A stretch of 20,000 nt of DNA from an uncultured virus (IMG/VR IMGVR_UViG_3300025687_000041) (Duplodnaviria > Heunggongvirae > Uroviricota > Caudoviricetes), in the IMG/VR virus record IMGVR_UViG_3300025687_000041. The stretch is one strand, 5' to 3'. The notes under the pieces were generated by a model that was not told the origin of the DNA, ran no database searches, and was given only the letters and a program-made list of their open reading frames with translations. Shown piece by piece: positions 1 to 8,167 of this stretch; the first letter of the stretch is position 1; every line of letters begins with the position of its first letter. Made by a program: the position numbers and the translations under genes.

Positions 1-1105
1 CGCCACCGCGCCAAGTTGGAATTTGAAGATCAACAGGAAAACCTGTTGTCACGGGAGTTCCTACACTTACAGCGCCAATAGTATTTGGACTAAACACCTC
101 CGTCCCACTCTCCGGAGTCTTCATCGGGCCACGGCGAATGGCGATGTAGATGTAGGTGGCGTTCCAAGCAATGTTGTATGGATTGAATCCAGTGGCTGTT
201 GGTTGAATCCAATCCACCGTTGATTCAGCGTCACTTAAGTTTGCAAACAAAATTGCATCACCGTTCGTGGTGTTAACGGTCATGCCACGCATGTTGTCAA
301 ACATCAGCCAACTTCCAGTACCGTCTGAACGCTTGTACATGACGTACTGAGGCTCATATCCAAGGCTCACCGTAGCGTTACCGGAGCCATCAGTCGTAAA
401 CGACCCACACGAAATCACATTGTCCGTACCCGTCAGGCCAAAGCCGCCTGCGTTGTGGGCGAAGATGTAGGCGACGTAATTTTCACCGTTAATATTCAAA
501 GAACTTGTTACGCTAATGTATGTCTCAGTTGCCCCAGCAACATCCGTGCTGGTTGACGCAGCATTAGTAGAGTTAAGAAGGATTCCGTATCCACTGGACA
601 GACTGCGATGCCATGAATGCCAGTTAGAAGCTACGTTTGTTATTTTTGTTGTGTAGAAACCCGGTGTTGACCCCAAGTTATGCGGGATGTTTCTTGCACC
701 TGAACCATTACCGCTCCACGTCACCACATCAAAGAACTTCTCTGCCTTGCGGAATGTCCATGAGGCGAAAGTACTGTTGTTAGCGTTTGTGTCAGCACTA
801 AAACCTAAAGAAAAGCCGTTGTTATTAAATGATGTAAGCGTAAATGAGCTAAATTCATTTGCGTTAGTGGTGTTGCTATTAAGTCTGTTCCCCACGCCCC
901 GTGCGGTGTCAAATAAAAGATGGTTTTGGACCGTTGGTCTTCTCTTTGTCCAAACCAACCCACCCTCACCAGCCAGATCAATCCCGTTGGTGATCGTCTG
1001 CGTGGAGCCATTGCCGGTGTAGAGCCAAGTGCTGAATACGTCCTCGATGTACGTTGCCCCACCCAACGCACCGGCTGCTGCTTGAACTACATCACGGACT
1101 GACAT
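1..1105 (-). CDS. Tail/receptor-binding-type virion protein with repeated YTGNG/WSGNG-like beta-rich domains; partial, runs off the left edge; absent from the ORF track
   Basis: Translated by hand from the ATG at 1105 (TAATG overlap with the upstream stop): MSVRDVVQAAAGALGGATYIEDVFSTWLYTGNGSTQTITNGIDLAGEGGLVWTK...FFDVVTWSGNGSGARNIPHNLGSTPG...SCGSFTTDGSGNATVSLGYEPQYVMYKRSDG...YIYIAIRRGPMK. The frame is open to position 1. Confidence 0.8.
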   Translation of the reverse strand, partial: MSVRDVVQAAAGALGGATYIEDVFSTWLYTGNGSTQTITNGIDLAGEGGLVWTKRRPTVQNHLLFDTARGVGNRLNSNTTNANEFSSFTLTSFNNNGFSLGFSADTNANNSTFASWTFRKAEKFFDVVTWSGNGSGARNIPHNLGSTPGFYTTKITNVASNWHSWHRSLSSGYGILLNSTNAASTSTDVAGATETYISVTSSLNINGENYVAYIFAHNAGGFGLTGTDNVISCGSFTTDGSGNATVSLGYEPQYVMYKRSDGTGSWLMFDNMRGMTVNTTNGDAILFANLSDAESTVDWIQPTATGFNPYNIAWNATYIYIAIRRGPMKTPESGTEVFSPNTIGAVSVGTPVTTGFPVDLQIPTWRGG

Positions 1106-1557
1106 TACGCCATCCCCTGTCCAAGCACGAACGCATTCCAAGTCGTGCCGCCATCATAAGTAAAGAACGCCAGCACATCCCTGCCTGAAGCTGTCAGAGT
1201 CGGAGGTGTAGCAGCATTCCACGTTACGCCTGAGAACCAATTCACCGTCGCTGATCCACCGTTGGTTAGGTCAAGCACAAACGCACTAACCGCTCCGCTG
1301 GATGCCACATTGCTGACTGTGAAGGTTGTCGTACCTGAGATGGTCTTGGTGAAGTAATTGCCTAGCGCCAGATCAATGGCTGAAGCGGCGATTGCCACCT
1401 TCTTCTCAATAACACCCGCCGCATAGGTTGCGGTTTGATCTGCCCCCAGAGTCAGCGCCGTCGTTGCACCGTTAGTCTGAAACACCAAATTGCCAGCAGT
1501 ATTTCCTGTGCTGACAAGCGCGGTTCCGGTTGTGGTCCCTGCTGCGATTGAACTCAT
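1105..1557 (-). CDS. Tail fibre-associated protein
   Basis: T/G/A-rich 150 aa ORF. Its C-terminal domain IDLALGNYFTKTISG...WFSGVTW...PTLTASGRDVLAFFTYDGGTTW resembles domains seen in phage fibre genes. Lies within the tail cluster. Confidence 0.65.
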   Translation of the reverse strand: MSSIAAGTTTGTALVSTGNTAGNLVFQTNGATTALTLGADQTATYAAGVIEKKVAIAASAIDLALGNYFTKTISGTTTFTVSNVASSGAVSAFVLDLTNGGSATVNWFSGVTWNAATPPTLTASGRDVLAFFTYDGGTTWNAFVLGQGMA

Positions 1558-1566
1558 GTTTGCCCC

Positions 1567-2403
1567 TTAAATCACAACCCAGCGTTGGCCGGAAGATACT
1601 GTAACAGTCACCCCATTAGCGATGGTCATGGGGCCAACCGAAAAACCGTTTGTGCCTGAAGCTACGGTGTAGCTTGAAGATACAGTCGTGTAATTAATAG
1701 AAATAGATCCGCCACCACCGGGAATAAGCAGCGTAGCCCAGCTTGCGTTTGTACCGTCAGTGGTTAACCATTTACCAGCGTTTCCAGATTGACTGGGAAG
1801 ACCAGAAGCCGGAGTTGCCCATGTAGGCACCCCGCCTGCTACCGTAAGAACCTGCCCAGTGGAACCAATATTTCGTTTTGTTAGCGCGGTTGCGCCAGAA
1901 GCATAAACAATGTCGCCTGTGGTGTAACTGGAAAAATTAGTTCCTCCATTAGCTACTGGAAGTACCCCGGTTACATCAGTTGTCAGGTCAACCTTCCCGC
2001 CCGCAATTTCAACAAAATCAGAGCCGTTCCATGCGACAAGCGCTTTACGCCCCGCCAAAATAGTTACCCCGGCTGTCGGGCCAGCCCCACGGATTACGAT
2101 TGACTGTGACCCCCCAGTAGCATTAATAACTACGTAGGCTTTTGATTGCGCAGGCGCTGTAATGTACCGGGTCACTGAACCCGTGGCTGTCCAACGGATG
2201 ACCGCGTTGCGTGCCTGATTCGCCGCCCCATTAGTGGTGCTTAGCGTAACGTCTGCGTCACTGGACAGAACGGTGGTACCCGCAACCGCCGAATCCAGAA
2301 GTTGCGTAATTGAGTCATTGACTACGACTCCCCATGTTCCAGACAAATCCCCCGTTGTGGGGAGCGCCAAACCAAGGAGGGGAGAGAAATTAGTTACCGC
2401 CAT
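1567..2403 (-). CDS. Tail fibre protein
   Basis: 278 aa with fibre-type segments (VTGVLPVANGGT, GDIVYASG, GSTGQVLTVAGGVPTW, LPSQSGNAGKWLTTDGTNASW). Good SD (AAGGA) upstream. Confidence 0.7.
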   Translation of the reverse strand: MAVTNFSPLLGLALPTTGDLSGTWGVVVNDSITQLLDSAVAGTTVLSSDADVTLSTTNGAANQARNAVIRWTATGSVTRYITAPAQSKAYVVINATGGSQSIVIRGAGPTAGVTILAGRKALVAWNGSDFVEIAGGKVDLTTDVTGVLPVANGGTNFSSYTTGDIVYASGATALTKRNIGSTGQVLTVAGGVPTWATPASGLPSQSGNAGKWLTTDGTNASWATLLIPGGGGSISINYTTVSSSYTVASGTNGFSVGPMTIANGVTVTVSSGQRWVVI

Positions 2404-2413
2404 GTTCTATCCT

Positions 2414-2875
2414 TTACACAACCAGCCAGCGTTGCCCGCTTGGAACTGTAAATGACGACCCAGAGGCTATAGTTATTGGCCCTACACTAAAGCCATTCTT
2501 CCCTGTCGTCATTGTATATGTACCCGTGAACAACGTGTAGTTTTCTACAACAGCTCCAGCAGCCGCAAAAGACGCATACTCCGCAGGGTAAGATACAAAT
2601 ACGTCTTTATCGCCCGATCCAAAATTGACCAAGCTGCCAGAATTGCTGGAGGCTAAAACCGTATCTCTTGAAAGCGTGGTCCCCGACGCGGTATAAGTAC
2701 CAATCCCGACTTCCCAATCCGCGCCAGTCTGCTCAGCTATGGTGTAATAAGTGGTATTGCCGTCACCAACAGCAGAAAATGACTGATAGCCCGTTGCTGC
2801 GCCGAGCAGCGTAACGGTCCCCGTACCAGCCGTTGTGGTCGTTTCCTTTACGCGATCCGCTACAACAAGTGCCAT
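2414..2875 (-). CDS. Tail fibre/tail-associated protein
   Basis: MALVVADRVKETTTTAGTGTVTL...WEVGIGTY...TLSRDTVLASSNSG is a phage tail N-terminal module as I recall it. Shares its C-terminal motif with 1567..2403. Confidence 0.65.
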   Translation of the reverse strand: MALVVADRVKETTTTAGTGTVTLLGAATGYQSFSAVGDGNTTYYTIAEQTGADWEVGIGTYTASGTTLSRDTVLASSNSGSLVNFGSGDKDVFVSYPAEYASFAAAGAVVENYTLFTGTYTMTTGKNGFSVGPITIASGSSFTVPSGQRWLVV

Positions 2876-2884
2876 GTTTCTTCC

Positions 2885-3877
2885 TTACACAGTCATTTCT
2901 ACGTCAATCCAATCTGGAGTTTGTGAATTATCCACATTCTGCCAGTCTGGAGTTTGGCTGTCATCAATTACCGTCCAGTAAAAGCGATTAAACGTACCCG
3001 CCTGACCTTGAGCAGAAACGCCGCTAAGCGCCACGGTTCTTGAGGAACCGACTGACCCAACATAGCCGTAAGCAACGACGCTATCTTCTACCGGACCAAC
3101 AACAGGAGTTGCAATCCCTGTCGCACCTGTAGCCGAAACTCCAGTTAACGCAACAACCCGCTCAGAGCCAAGATTGCCAGTCTCACCGCCTGCGGAAACT
3201 CCAACCCCAATCGGCGCTGCCAGTACGGTCCCTGTCTCACCAGAGGCCGTTACCCCAGTCAAAAACGCCGCATACGCAAACTCAACTGTTCCAACCGCAC
3301 CCGATGCCGAGACCCCGGTTAGCGCAACCTGTCGATCCGTTGATACCGATCCTACAGAGCCGTAGGCAATTACACCGTCTTCAGTCGGGCTGTTAGTCTC
3401 AGTAACGTCCCCAACAGTACCGCTTGCTGATACTCCGGTTAGGGCGACAGTACGTTCACCCATACCCACAGACCCAACAGAGCCTATGGCTTGGACCCCG
3501 GTGGCTTCGCCAATCTTATTAAAGACAACGCTGCCAACCGCACCCGTAGTGCTAACCCCAGAAATCGCCGTCGCCGCAGTCGCAGTCGCGGTACCAACAA
3601 CTCCTGACGCTACAACCCCTGTGAGTGCCGCAGTCTGTGCGGTATTAACAGAACCAGTCTGGCCGCTAGCTACGGCCCCCGTAAGCGTGGCGGATTGTGC
3701 TACAACAACAGAACCAATTGCCCCCGAAGCCTGAACACCGGTAACCGCAATTTGCGGATTAGCAGCAACAGTCCCAACCGCACCAGATGCGGAAACACCA
3801 GAAAGCGCGACAACAATCGTCTGCCCCGCAAGCGAGGAGAATGGCGCTCCTGAGAATGGGGCGATTCCAAATGTCAT
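2885..3877 (-). CDS. Repetitive V/G/A/S/T-rich virion protein
   Basis: About 20-aa repeats of the form VALTGVSASGAVGxV throughout, plus a C-terminal W-x-x-x-D-x-SQTPDW repeat. Confidence 0.7.
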   Translation of the reverse strand: MTFGIAPFSGAPFSSLAGQTIVVALSGVSASGAVGTVAANPQIAVTGVQASGAIGSVVVAQSATLTGAVASGQTGSVNTAQTAALTGVVASGVVGTATATAATAISGVSTTGAVGSVVFNKIGEATGVQAIGSVGSVGMGERTVALTGVSASGTVGDVTETNSPTEDGVIAYGSVGSVSTDRQVALTGVSASGAVGTVEFAYAAFLTGVTASGETGTVLAAPIGVGVSAGGETGNLGSERVVALTGVSATGATGIATPVVGPVEDSVVAYGYVGSVGSSRTVALSGVSAQGQAGTFNRFYWTVIDDSQTPDWQNVDNSQTPDWIDVEMTV

Positions 3878-3907
3878 GGCTACACGGCGGTTATACCGCC
3901 GCCCTTA

Positions 3908-4366
3908 TCAGGTTGTAGCCAAGCGCAACAGAGCGTTCGACGTATCGTTAGTCGGCATCGTCAGGGTAAACGTACCCGCTGTCACGGTCTGCGAACCAAA
4001 CGTATGCACGCTGACTGACTTATCTGACTTCGACGAGTTATAAATCAACACAGCATCAAACGGTGTAGTCAACGTGACATTGGTGTACGTGATTGATGCT
4101 GACGGGGTCCAATACGCCACACCAGCGGTTGCCGAAGTGTTGGTCGATGCCGGAGATGTCCCGTTAGTCACCGTTACACCACCAGCAGAATAGTTGGTGC
4201 CAGAAACCTCACCAGTACTGGAGTATGCAGTAGTGGATGCGTTATACGTCGCAGTTGTTTCGTACAGGGCTGCTTTGAACGTATCCCCAGTACCTGTTGT
4301 GAAGTCGTGCGTAGCCGTCATGAGTTGTTCCATGAACGAGGTGCACATTGCTTGAGTATTCGCCAT
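3908..4366 (-). CDS. Conserved phage virion structural protein; paralog of 4581..5027
   Basis: Motifs TSF..L, DTFKAALY, TTAYS..GEVSGTNYSAGG, LIYNSS, FG...T...FTLTMP. SD AAGGAG. Confidence 0.75.
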   Translation of the reverse strand: MANTQAMCTSFMEQLMTATHDFTTGTGDTFKAALYETTATYNASTTAYSSTGEVSGTNYSAGGVTVTNGTSPASTNTSATAGVAYWTPSASITYTNVTLTTPFDAVLIYNSSKSDKSVSVHTFGSQTVTAGTFTLTMPTNDTSNALLRLATT

Positions 4367-4376
4367 GTTTGGCTCC

Positions 4377-4571
4377 TTAAACGATAGATGCTGCTTCCGC
4401 AGACAATGTTACGGATTTCTTCAATGTAACGTGAACTGAGCGATGGACTAGCTCCCCATTAAGCCAATACTCCACCCAAGCCGCAGTTTCATTAGCATTA
4501 TCAACGGACCCTTCACGTTTCTCAAGCAACGCTTCGTCCATTTCGCCTTTGGTTGTTGTAACTAATGCCAT
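4377..4571 (-). CDS. Conserved phage hypothetical protein
   Basis: 64 aa, fills the gap between neighbours exactly, SD AAGGGG. Sequence LVTTTKGEMD..LLEKREG...WVEYWLNGELVHRSVHV. Confidence 0.7.
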   Translation of the reverse strand: MALVTTTKGEMDEALLEKREGSVDNANETAAWVEYWLNGELVHRSVHVTLKKSVTLSAEAASIV

Positions 4572-4580
4572 TGCAACCCC

Positions 4581-5027
4581 TTACGAAATTCTTACCACAG
4601 CGTCATTAGCTGTAGCCGTCGGGAACGTAACAGTAAATGTCTGCCCGCTAACCGTTTTATCTGAGCCAAAATTTAAAACAGCTACCGATTTGTTTCCCTT
4701 GGTGCTGTTATAAATGAGCGCCCCACGTGCCGTAAATGTCGCTCCAGCCCAAACCGCAGAGGCAAATGACACGTATGCTGTAGGCACTTGCTGTGAATTA
4801 TCGCCCGAGGTTGGGGTCTGGCTAATTGTCAGCGTGACGCCGCCAGCGGTGTATCCTGCCCCGGTAACTTCGTTTGAAGTTGTGTACGCCGTAGTGCTTG
4901 GACCAATCGAAGAGTCCCCTGTATAAAGGGCAATCTTAAAAGTATCCGCAGAAGTCGGGCCAAAATTATGCACAGCTTGGAGGATCTCAACCTTAAAGCT
5001 CGTGGTAACTGTTTGTTGGAGCGCCAT
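4581..5027 (-). CDS. Conserved phage virion structural protein; paralog of 3908..4366
   Basis: TTSFKVEIL, DTFKIALY, TTAYTTSNEVTGAGYTAGG, ARGALIYNS, VAVLNFGSDKT. Confidence 0.75.
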   Translation of the reverse strand: MALQQTVTTSFKVEILQAVHNFGPTSADTFKIALYTGDSSIGPSTTAYTTSNEVTGAGYTAGGVTLTISQTPTSGDNSQQVPTAYVSFASAVWAGATFTARGALIYNSTKGNKSVAVLNFGSDKTVSGQTFTVTFPTATANDAVVRIS

Positions 5028-5723
5028 TTAAACCACCGCCTGCCTATACTGTCCAGAACGGTAAGCGTCTTGACGCTCCATGCCATCCCCAAGTCGTTTA
5101 GCTAATGCCAGCGCCTCTTTATACTTACCGTCGTACAAAGCCAGCATATCTGGCTCACCCTTCATAAAGGTGTAAGCCTCAACAAGCGACCCGTACAACA
5201 GAACCGTATCGAAGTTATCACCCAGCCACGTTGTGTTTGCCGTGGTAATCGACTCTGGGTAATAATAGAAATGAAGCTCTACGGTGTAGTCCGTATTCGG
5301 CGTTGGCCCAAGCAAAAACGTCAACTCGTTAGTGATAGCAGCACCAGAAATTGCAGGACCGAACAATCCGTAGTATCGAGGAATCCCGGTGTCTGTTGGA
5401 CTTGGATACGCCGCACGGATGAAGTTCACATCCTTGTTTAGCAGGTACTCATAATTACCGCTACCATCAATAACAGCCAGTGAATACACAGCCAAAAAAT
5501 CATCAGGGGCTTTTAAATACTTATTCCCTGACTGCACATTCCCGGTCATGTTTTTGCGAATTGATGGGAATTGGATCGAGTTATAGATCCGCTGTTCAGC
5601 CTGTTGAATAAACCGATTGATCTGCTCAGCCGTAGTCTCGGTTGAGCCGTCAGAAAGCGTAACGTCCGGAAAGACGTTTTCCGTATACGACTGAATTGAG
5701 GCTAAAAGTTCCTGATATGTAAT
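5028..5723 (-). CDS. Putative head-tail adaptor/tail tubular-like protein with a probable non-canonical ATT start (231 aa)
   Basis: The frame of the track ORF 5028..5549 stays open for 58 more codons: ITYQELLASIQSYTENVFPDVTLSDGSTETTAEQINRFIQQAEQRIYNSIQFPSIRKNM. This extension matches the MxYxELxxxIxxYxEN...FIxQAEQRIYN N-terminus I recall for this family. The first codon is ATT (5723-5721). Confidence 0.75.
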   Translation of the reverse strand: MTYQELLASIQSYTENVFPDVTLSDGSTETTAEQINRFIQQAEQRIYNSIQFPSIRKNMTGNVQSGNKYLKAPDDFLAVYSLAVIDGSGNYEYLLNKDVNFIRAAYPSPTDTGIPRYYGLFGPAISGAAITNELTFLLGPTPNTDYTVELHFYYYPESITTANTTWLGDNFDTVLLYGSLVEAYTFMKGEPDMLALYDGKYKEALALAKRLGDGMERQDAYRSGQYRQAVV

Positions 5724-6551
5724 TTACGCCACCTTTTCCAGAGTGTATTTACCAGCCACTCTGCCCTTCTTCCTGACAGCGTTTGATACAGACGTTTTTA
5801 GCACGCCAAGAAATTCTGCCGCAGCTTTTTGCGACAAAAAAGAACACTGCAACTCACGGCAGTATACGGGTTTCCATTTAGCCCGCGCAATAGCTTCTTT
5901 TGTACTATCTGTGTGCCTTCTACCGATTGACGCCGCACGGTACCTTGCAAGAATGTTTGGGTCACTCAACGCTTTTTTTAGTCCATTGATTCGTCGTTGC
6001 CGTACCTCCGGGTTCTTCCAACTACTGCGCAAGGTGGCGGATCTGTCTTTAGCAACGGGCTGCGTTTTTACATGTGCTGCCCAACGAGCCGCATTACCTA
6101 TAGGGGCAATACGCTTACCCCGTTCACGCGCCGCCAAAGAACTAGAAGCTTCTTTTATTTTTTCTAGCTGTTGCTGACGCCATTCAGGGTTCGCCCATTG
6201 CTGCTTTAATCGGTCAGAACGATTTTTACGTACTTCTGCGGACGGAACTACCCCACGATGCCCCGCACCGCCTTTGGCGATATTGTATGCAGGTTCAAGC
6301 TCCGCGATAATTTGCATCTCAGCATTGTTTAACGTATCCGCGTCAAAAGCCGTAAAAACTTCCGCAAACAAAAACGTTTCAACACCATGCGTGGCTATTG
6401 CCTGCGCCAAACGGTACTTCTTTGCCACCTTGGAACGAGCGGTGTTCACATGGCATTTCCACCTACACAGCGCAAGTTGGCGTGTTTGTCCAACGTACTG
6501 TTCTCCTGTAACAGTATTCGTGACAACGTAGATAGAACCGTACCGCTTCAT
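5724..6551 (-). CDS. Free-standing GIY-YIG homing endonuclease with NUMOD3-like and C-terminal NUMOD1/HTH-like DNA-binding segments
   Basis: N-terminal GSIYVVTNTVTGEQYVGQT..R..H, E..I...P.YN (GIY-YIG catalytic motifs). RRHTDSTKEAIARAK is NUMOD3-like. KPVYC...FLSQKAAAEFLGV..TSVSNAVR is HTH-like. Probable start is the ATG at 6551 (275 aa). Confidence 0.85.
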   Translation of the reverse strand: MKRYGSIYVVTNTVTGEQYVGQTRQLALCRWKCHVNTARSKVAKKYRLAQAIATHGVETFLFAEVFTAFDADTLNNAEMQIIAELEPAYNIAKGGAGHRGVVPSAEVRKNRSDRLKQQWANPEWRQQQLEKIKEASSSLAARERGKRIAPIGNAARWAAHVKTQPVAKDRSATLRSSWKNPEVRQRRINGLKKALSDPNILARYRAASIGRRHTDSTKEAIARAKWKPVYCRELQCSFLSQKAAAEFLGVLKTSVSNAVRKKGRVAGKYTLEKVA

Positions 6552-6555
6552 AGCA

Positions 6556-6819
6556 TCAAGCCATCGGGCCACGGGCCATTGTGCCTTTAGTTGCCGCACC
6601 GGTACCGCGAATCTTGATGCCGGAAGTCTTTTCAGCCGGGGCTGCTCGACGCGAGATATTACCCACCGACATATTGACGTTATTGGCTTCGCTTGAATCA
6701 GGAAGCGAACCGGGGTTGGCTTGAACGCGAGTGGCGCTACCTGTCATGGTGTGTGGCGAAGCGTAGACGCTGGCAGAACCAACTTCTTTCCCGCCCATTT
6801 TCATGCTGTACTTTGCCAT
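6556..6819 (-). CDS. Small phage protein with a C-terminal RGTGAATKG motif
   Basis: Probable start MAKYSMKMGG at 6819, with SD GAGG. C-terminus KTSGIKIRGTGAATKGTMARGPMA. Confidence 0.7.
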   Translation of the reverse strand: MAKYSMKMGGKEVGSASVYASPHTMTGSATRVQANPGSLPDSSEANNVNMSVGNISRRAAPAEKTSGIKIRGTGAATKGTMARGPMA

Positions 6820-6820
6820 A

Positions 6821-7009
6821 TCAGCCTCGCTTTTGTGCGGCAACTTTAGCCAGATTGCGGCCCATCTTCTTCATGTCCGCATTGGTCTTGCCGACAGTAT
6901 GCTTCTTCGGGCCTTTCTCAATGCCCATTGTCGGACCGCTGTTGCCAAGATTTTTGCCTTCAGTTTTGCCCTTTTTGGCAATGCCATCGGCAGAACGTGT
7001 GTAAGCCAT
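6821..7009 (-). CDS. Small basic protein with an N-terminal ADGIAKKGKT motif
   Basis: 62 aa, Lys-rich, SD AGGAG, tightly packed between neighbours. Confidence 0.75.
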   Translation of the reverse strand: MAYTRSADGIAKKGKTEGKNLGNSGPTMGIEKGPKKHTVGKTNADMKKMGRNLAKVAAQKRG

Positions 7010-7010
7010 T

Positions 7011-7445
7011 TTATGCTCCTATTTCAACCGTAACTGTACCAACTTGGGCCTGCAAAACCAAGTAGTTCGGCGTCAATGCAGTATCAAAACCGCTGGCTCC
7101 CCCAACAGGATTCCAGCCCCATTGAAAGACCCTGCTACCCCCATCCGGAACCCCAGTCTGATCCTCGGACGGCCCCGTCGTGTTCTCTATCTGAAGCCCA
7201 TTTAGACCGGACTGGTAGTAGCTAATGTCTGGCCTTGGCTCCCTGACCGCTTGCGGGTCGTATACGGGATACATCCCCAACTGCAACTGTGGATGGTCCG
7301 GATCCCAGCATTCCGGGCAAACTTTGATACTGACTTGTTTAGTCTTAATGACCAGCTTACGCAGTTGGGTCAGTTTATAACGCTGTCCGCAGCGGTCACA
7401 TTCCGCGATTGAGTTCTTGCCAGATGCGTATTTTGGACCAGCCAT
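7011..7445 (-). CDS. Phage protein with a CxxC...CxxC zinc-ribbon-like N-terminus
   Basis: CDRCG...VCPECWDPDHPQL; SD GAGG. Confidence 0.75.
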   Translation of the reverse strand: MAGPKYASGKNSIAECDRCGQRYKLTQLRKLVIKTKQVSIKVCPECWDPDHPQLQLGMYPVYDPQAVREPRPDISYYQSGLNGLQIENTTGPSEDQTGVPDGGSRVFQWGWNPVGGASGFDTALTPNYLVLQAQVGTVTVEIGA

Positions 7446-7448
7446 TTG

Positions 7449-8165
7449 TTACCTCAAAATTGTAATTCGAGGAACAAACCGATCCGCCGCTTTCTCACGG
7501 TCCTCATCTGCCGCAAGCTGCCACTGCTGTTCGTAGTCTGCTTTAAGCATCCCGATACGGTTTGGGTCTACTTCTGGAAGCTTTACAGACAAATAATAGG
7601 CCAGCCCAGCAACCATACAGTTAAGAAACCGGAACGGAATATCAGCCGTGGTAACACCAGACCCAGCATCTTGAATCCTCCGTAGCCGCCAGTACACAAA
7701 CGTGTACAGATTTGATTGATCCGGGGCGGGCCACACGTTGATCTGCGGGTAGGCAACCCCACTAACCGGCTCGACGGCGCCTGACTGACGGTTGATCCAC
7801 ACCTGAATCGGTCGGCCTTGGGCGTTCTTATTAGGGATCGTGGAGTACGTAGACTCCGAAATGCGATTGATGTTGATATCCTGCTGGTTTAGCCCAGTCC
7901 CAGTCCGGGTAATCTGGTCTAGCAAATCAATCGTATCGACCGGCAGATCATAAGTGATCGTACCCTGCACCAGCGGAATAGAGCCTTGCTCAATAGTCCA
8001 CAGGTTGATCCCACGGTTCGCCCACTCAATCGTCAAAAGATTCAACGACCGACGCGCAGTACGCATGTCGTAACCGGTACGCAACTCCTTGCCGCAACGC
8101 TCAAATGCCTCTTCTACGAGGTCATTTACGTCCAGATTAAATGCTGCGGTACCGGTGGTAGTCAT
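7449..8165 (-). CDS. Putative head-tail adaptor/tail tubular-like protein
   Basis: EEAFERCG...GYDMRTARRSLNLL..EWANRGINLW...WPAPD...PFRF..CMVAGLAYY...A.DEDR. Located downstream of the capsid genes. Confidence 0.65.
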   Translation of the reverse strand: MTTTGTAAFNLDVNDLVEEAFERCGKELRTGYDMRTARRSLNLLTIEWANRGINLWTIEQGSIPLVQGTITYDLPVDTIDLLDQITRTGTGLNQQDININRISESTYSTIPNKNAQGRPIQVWINRQSGAVEPVSGVAYPQINVWPAPDQSNLYTFVYWRLRRIQDAGSGVTTADIPFRFLNCMVAGLAYYLSVKLPEVDPNRIGMLKADYEQQWQLAADEDREKAADRFVPRITILR

Positions 8166-8167
8166 CT

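Noticed and set aside
1..3877. Diversity-generating retroelement acting on tail genes
   Set aside because: I saw no reverse transcriptase and no near-identical repeat pair differing only at adenines in this window.
5724..6556. Group I intron housing the GIY-YIG gene
   Set aside because: The ORF occupies the whole interval, leaving no non-coding sequence for P3-P9 core elements.
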